Shown here in pieces: positions 58,147 through 64,000 of a DNA stretch of 64,000 bases. Below the pieces are notes generated by a model. The model saw only the letters and a program-made list of their open reading frames with translations, was not told the origin of the DNA and searched no databases. A program made the translations under genes and the position numbers. Positions within the stretch are counted from its first letter, which is position 1; the number at the start of each line of letters is the position of its first letter. Origin of the DNA: Phyllobates terribilis (taxonomy: Eukaryota). The stretch covers positions 88,164,001 to 88,228,000 of the forward strand of contig NW_027362773.1 of NCBI RefSeq assembly GCF_046119375.1, given 5' to 3'.

Positions 58147-61071
58147 ATGTGCAATGTACAGCGGGCGGAGGGCGCCCCCAGGCCGGGCACCGGGGCGTGC
58201 AGGAGCCTGTTCGGGCCGGTGGACCACACGGAGCTGAGCCGGGAGCTGCACGCCCGGCTGCGGGAGGTGCAGGAGGAGAGCCGCCGCCGCTGGGACTTTG
58301 ACTTCCAGAGAGGAGTTCCGCTGCCCAGCAGCCGCTTTGCCTGGGAGGAGAGCGGCGAGGACACCGTGCCCCAGTTCTACAGGACGCCCCGAGCCGCGGC
58401 CAAGCCTGACCGGACTGTGCCGGCACTCAGCCCCGGCGTCCCGACTACAGCCGACTGCACCCCACCTGCACACAGAGCCCACAAGAGGACCCAGCCTGCC
58501 CAGATCACAGGTAGGACAGCTGGCCGCACGCTGGGGGGAGTAGTGCTTCGGCTTCATAGTGGGGATAGTAGTGCTTTGCTGTCTTGCATAGTGGATGTTG
58601 TTGTGCATTGTCTCATTGCATATTGGGAGTTGTAGTGCTTTGTTGACCTGGTCAGTCTGCAGGTTGCTGCTCTCCTCGGTGTAGACTCTGTAGCTGCAGG
58701 TGATGCTTCTTGTTTTCTATCTGCTGCTTGATGTTGTGTTTCTCGTTGTTGTCTTGTATGTTCCTTACCTTGTACTTCTTCTGACCTGGCCTCCATCCTC
58801 TGCTCATTGTGCCCATATAACCTAGTTACTCTGTTGGACTATCCCTCTGTATTGGTTTCATTGTATCCACATCATCATTATACAATGGTTATTGCTTCTC
58901 TTCCAAAACTAAACTTGCCCTAATATATATTTAACCATTGTCCTCTGTATTCTCTGGGGTTACATTTCTGCCCATATAAATCTCACACCCCAGGGTGTCC
59001 TTATCCTCCCCCTGTTCTGGTTAAGTTGTATCCTGATTGTTATAGTAGTTACATTTCTCCCTGTATACCCCAGTGTTATATCTTGGTTAGCATTTCTTCC
59101 CATATTATTCATATACCCCTGTGATGCATTGTATCCTGCTTTTACCATTGTGTCCATCTCCCCTCATTATTCATATTTCTCCAAAATTACTCTTATACCC
59201 CATTGCTATACTTTATCCTGACTTGTTACCTTTCTCCCAAAATATCCCAGATACCCTATTGTTACTTTTATATCCTGACTTTCTGTTCTGATTACTGTGA
59301 CATTTCTCCCTATATTACTTATACCCTATTGTTGCATTGTATCTGGATTACTGTAATGGCTACCTTTCTCTCCAAATTACGCCAATGTTACATTGTATCC
59401 TGACTTTCCCTCTGTTCTGGTTACACTGTATCCTGATTGGCTGTCAGTTCATTGTTTCTCATTGTCCCTTCCTTTGTTACAACCCCCCCTTCTCCTGTCT
59501 CCATTATTTTGCTACATTACCGCTGTCACCACATTCATCCTGGATTGCTACACTGATTTGTTGCAGCAGCAGCTTTGCTGCGGTTGTGTTTCCACACAAT
59601 TAGTCACTATGGTCATCACTGATTTGCTGCATTGCTGCCTCCAGAATTTCCCTATTTGTCTGGTTACCCGGATTGCACTTTCTGGCTGCCTGTTGCATCA
59701 CCTGCCCCCTGAAGCCCGGCCCTCCTTAACTCTTTTACACTTGTAATTTTACATCTCTATTTTTTTTTTTTTAGATCCCCTCCCAAATAGGACCAAATAA
59801 ATTTTATATGCAATAATGATCTCCTATAGATCCTGCCTAATGCTCCCTTATGTTCGCTGGGGGGGGATGTCACTTTGTGCAGTGCTATGTACCCTCTGGC
59901 TTTAGTCTTGAGATCCTAAGCTTGTCCTTTGGCTCGGGCCAGCCTGCACCCCTCCTTTTCCCCTCCGTAACCCTCCTCTCCCTCCTTCCCTCCCTCCTCC
60001 TGGCTGCCTTTCCACTAGTACAATAGAAGTGCAAGCACAGCAATTTGTGCTGCTGATCTCAGCTGAGCATGAAGCATTTCAATGCTGTGAGGATCTGCAG
60101 TCACAGGCTGAGGAAGATTTAGTGGATCCATAGCCAGAAATAAAATTACATCTAATTATCTCCTTTCTGCTGGGAAACAAATGGCAGCGTCTGCAAACAC
60201 AGGGGAATTGTCTGTAGTTTGTGCTCAATATTTTTGTTTGGCCTTTAACTGCATATTTATTTTTTATAATGCATTGGATTTCACCATATGAGTTTGCATC
60301 TGCTGGTAGTGCATGCTGGTGGTGATTGTTCTTCAATAGGGTGGAAACCATTGCATAAAATTATGCAATATCCTACTAAATTTCCTTTACGTGGCCAGAA
60401 GAACCAATCCGATCTTCCAAAAAACTCACAAAGAGTTCTTGTATTCGAATGATTGTGTTTTGGCTTGTACAGTGCAAATGCTAAACTCTAATAATTAGGT
60501 AATTTCTCTTCATGGTTGTACAGATCCCATCAGCAATGAGGCTACTGGCTGCTAACCTTTTTCTGCTTTCATATTACTTGGCTACCAGCCAGTATTCCTG
60601 GGACCACTGCTGCACACCTGCAGACAGAACCTGCTTGGTCAGCTCATTACTTGCAGCTGCCTTATGCAAGTGTGCTGCTTTAAGTGGACAACCCCTTTAA
60701 TTGTAGGTTGTTCACTTTCACAAATGTTTTCTATACATTGGCAGAGCTGTGACAGCTTATCACTCATTAAAAACTAGATGGGTTTTCAGTTGGCAAAGCA
60801 CACTTTAAGGACTCGTTCACATGCTGGGGGAAAAAAACACGCAGCATTTTACAGTACCAAAAAAGTGAATGAGATTTCTGAAACCTCATGGTCAGGCTGC
60901 TTTTTTTTCTTGGAGATTTGAACCATCAGTGTTTAAAATTATTTTTTTTTTGCTTTTCTAGACTTTTTCCCAGTGCGAAAACAGACAAAAGTTGTTGCAA
61001 CGCTTTGTGACAAGCTGCACCCAGCATCTCCCATCCCCACAGAGCACACGCCGCGCAAGATGATCCGATGA
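58147..61071 (+). CDS. Cip/Kip-family cyclin-dependent kinase inhibitor (p57Kip2/Xic1-like), 157 aa
   Basis: Exon 1 (58147-58510) has the CDI domain [37 protein letters not shown] and ends ..KRTQPAQIT at a phase-1 GT. Exon 2 (60962-61071) follows a pyrimidine tract and AG and reads [19 protein letters not shown]. Total 474 nt in frame; a GTAAGG donor lies 6 nt after the stop. Confidence 0.9.
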
Positions 61072-63005
61072 TCAAAGGTAAGGATGGTGAACTGCCATGT
61101 TTCCACAGCCCTATTTCCTAATTCAGAGCCTAAACCTTCACTTTTCGATATTGCAGTACCCCATGGTGCTCATAGATTGCACAGATGTCTCATTCTAGAC
61201 CCTCCCCCACTAGATAAATATGCACTGGAGATAACAGACTGCGTCCACTCCCTTCAGCCTTGTGCTGCCCAGATACCCATCTTGCCAGTCACAGGTTCCC
61301 TATGTGGACCCCCACCCCACCCCCCCTGATTAGGATTTGTCCAGATTGTTGCATGATGGACAATGTTCTGATCGGATAACTATGATTTCAGCTGATAACA
61401 TGTTGTGTCTATGACCAGACGTGGCACAGGCTCTCCCCTCCCCAAATCCCCCATCCTCCGTGCAGACCGGGCCTTGTACACTCTGTTCTCTTGAAGATCT
61501 GGGGTCATTTGAGTCTAGAGATGAGAGCGCCTTGTCCTTGAATGACCTCAGACAGTGCATGTTGGTGCCTCCGCTCTGGGCATCTCTGGCTAGGACTTTG
61601 GCATTGGATTTATTAAGCTGTCACATTTCCTATTATTCCCTTTCATGCCCCCTGGGGCTTTTTTTACTCAGCTTTCCCAAAGTTCTGAATGGAAAGTCTG
61701 TCTAATTCTGCATTAGTATTTAGGGCGAGGGTGCATTGTTGGATAACTTCTGTGTGCTCTATGTAGAGGGGATGGAAGAGGTTATAGGGAGCCCTTAGGC
61801 ATAGAGTAATGCTTTTGTATCAGACCCCCATTTATAAAGCACATTCATAGCCCCCAACAGTCACCCTAGGAAACCTGTCCAATAATTTCCTGCCATTGAA
61901 TACAGTCCTGATTGGTGGTCCTGTGGCCCCCTCCCCTTTTTATTGTATTGCCCTTCCGGTCTTGTTACATTGATTTGGGCAGGGTCCGCAGAGCAGATTA
62001 ATCTTCTCCGGAGATGAGTGATCCCCGGACTTGCTGCTGTCTGAGCTATTACATTCCAGCAATTAATGGGGGAAGGGGAAGTTATTTCTTGGATGGAGGT
62101 TTCAAGGGGTATATATAATATTGAGCCTTCATATAGAGAGAGGATGGCCCCTGTCCATAATGTATAATATATGTCTGCTTAATGATGAGAAGATAAGAAG
62201 CAGAGAATGAGTCACTCCAAATGAAGTATGCCAGATGTAGCAGTGCTGAGTTTGTCTTCTTGACGCCACTCATCATTAATGTATCATCTGTAGTCTCAAA
62301 GAAAGCAAGTATATCTATTTCAATATCCTAAAAGGCGTGGGTTATATTAATGTTGCATAAAGAGTTAAATGGCTTGGTCATCTACAGAAAAGATGAGTAT
62401 TGATTAGTTTTGAAAATTCCAAGATCATACAAAAAAACTTTAGATATCGATCTATTCTATATCATCAATTATATTGAATGAGTTGCTGTTTTATTATTTT
62501 TTTCTTTAATGCTCGAGCTGCACAGTGACTTTAACCGCAACACCTGTTGTGTGACCAAGGTTTGTTCAGTGTTGTTGCTGCAGCGCAGCGCGATACAAGT
62601 CAATGGGGTTGCATTGCTGATCTGAGGGTACTGTCACAAGAACTCCAACTTCATTGGATTTTTTTGTGATTTACTTGTTATAATACCCTCTGAGCTGCAT
62701 TGTGATCCCATTCACTTGTATAGCAGCGGGATGGTGGGACCTTGGTTGCGCAGCCGATGATCTGTATATTGTCACCGTGTGGCCCCAGACAAAATTTTTC
62801 TTATCCTGCATAACCGGCTGTGAACACATCATCCGCCTATGCTGGCACTATTCACCCCACCCAGATTACGGGTGTGACCACTTTGCAGAGATTACTGCTC
62901 GGGCATGTAACCTCACATTTTCCGTGGCAGATGAGCTTGTTCGATGCCTCTGTGATCTCATCTTTCCAGCGCTGACCAGTAATTTCCTTGTCTTGATTTA
63001 TGCAG

Positions 63006-63300
63006 ATTTGCACTTATGGAGTTGCCCAAAACCTCAACACAAGTGAGGAGACGAGGACAGCCGAGAACTTCCACCACTGAGCCGGAAAATTAAGGACTGA
63101 AAACAACAAAAAAAGACTTAATGAGCAGCCGCTTCTGCCGTCGTGACTCATGATGTTAACTGAACTGTTTTTCGTTGCTCTTTTTAATTTAACTTTTTTT
63201 TAAAGCGCAGTTTCGCTGCTCACCGCCATGTTTACCGTTAACAAATATTCCGAAAAAGTTGAGTCGGACAGTTTTTTATTTTTACACAATCATGTAATGG
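63006..63300 (+). other. Candidate non-coding exon 3 (3'UTR) of the CDK inhibitor
   Basis: Acceptor TTTCCTTGTCTTGATTTATGCAG at 63005, followed by unique non-repeat sequence. The 3' end is not defined and I saw no AATAAA in the window. Confidence 0.4.
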
Positions 63301-64000
63301 TTCTGAAGCATAGAAGGGTCTATGGTTCACTTTTATCCATTGTTCTGCAGAGTACCGTCTGCTTGTTCAGTGTCTGCAGAGGCCTCACCAGTCCTTCTGG
63401 CTACATAAGCAACTAAAACCAGGTGATTTGCAGTCTAGACCACATCCTCTTTTGGGTGATGTTCACACTCTGTCTTCTTGCTGAGCTTTTGGAATAGAAA
63501 CTTCAAGTTTTTGAGATCTTCATTCTAAAAATTCTGCTTAAAATATTGTGTGAACACACTCTTACCTGAGGTGCTACACCATCATCAAATGTAGGAAAAG
63601 CTTACTGAGTAGCTAAGCTAAGGCGGAATAGGTCTACAAGCTTACTGACTTTTTCCACTAACAATGAGCAGAATTAGGCCTCACTTGCATGTCTGTCAGT
63701 TTTGCGTCCCCTTCAAAAAAAAAAAATCAATTTTTTTTTTCTCTTCTCCGGTTTAAATTTGTTTGCATTTTTTAACCATTTTTCCTATCAGTGTGTCACA
63801 CTTCAGATCTGCATTTTTAAAGTCGTTGTCCAGGCTTTGGGATGAAAGTCTTCAGTCGCTCTGTGACTGCAGACTTCTGGATCCTGGCGGTGCGCACGCT
63901 ACCAGGAGGCTCAAGTGTTGCCGATGCGAGTGGTCACGTGACTGTATGTCTGCAATTTCCATACTTCTGCTCACATGACAAATTTACTTGTCCTCTTCTA

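Noticed and set aside
57958-58635. 216-aa antisense ORF and the read-through extension of the 169-aa ORF beyond 58510
   Set aside because: GC-rich shadow ORF; the sense frame has a strong donor at 58511 and a convincing exon 2.
59775-60560. Other candidate acceptors for CDK-inhibitor exon 2 (59775, 60534)
   Set aside because: They give short non-homologous peptides, whereas 60962 completes ITDFF and the terminal TPRK motif.

Overview
Vertebrate genomic DNA, most likely an anuran (frog), inferred from the gene content and repeat families. It contains three spliced protein-coding genes, which I reconstructed by hand with GT-AG sites and consistent phases. (1) API5 on the minus strand: exons 1-8 plus the start of exon 9, 1..7537. 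(2) Head-to-head with it, a complete 13-exon secreted six-cysteine astacin metalloprotease with two CUB domains (hatching-enzyme/UVS.2-like; 8520..28086; 497 aa). (3) A compact Cip/Kip CDK inhibitor (58147..61071; 157 aa) with a PIP-degron-like motif and a C-terminal E-x-TP motif. Most of the remaining sequence is repeats: 35/36-bp, 22-bp and ~76-96-bp tandem arrays, many MITEs (hAT, Harbinger, TTAA-type), three solo LTRs, a defective DD38E Tc1-like transposon, and Penelope-type end fragments carrying hammerhead-ribozyme-like cores. There is also a three-level nest inside a fragmented DD37E Tc1-related transposon, which holds a Harbinger MITE (itself holding an LTR) and a TTAA piggyBac-like element (holding telomeric repeats and a hAT MITE). 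I cannot support a wholly new biological system. The best leads are the inverted pair of hammerhead-like motifs in intron 8, a 161-bp-arm fold-back palindrome in intron 7, the identity and degron logic of the CDK inhibitor, and the atypical astacin activation site. There is one assembly gap (25850..26008).
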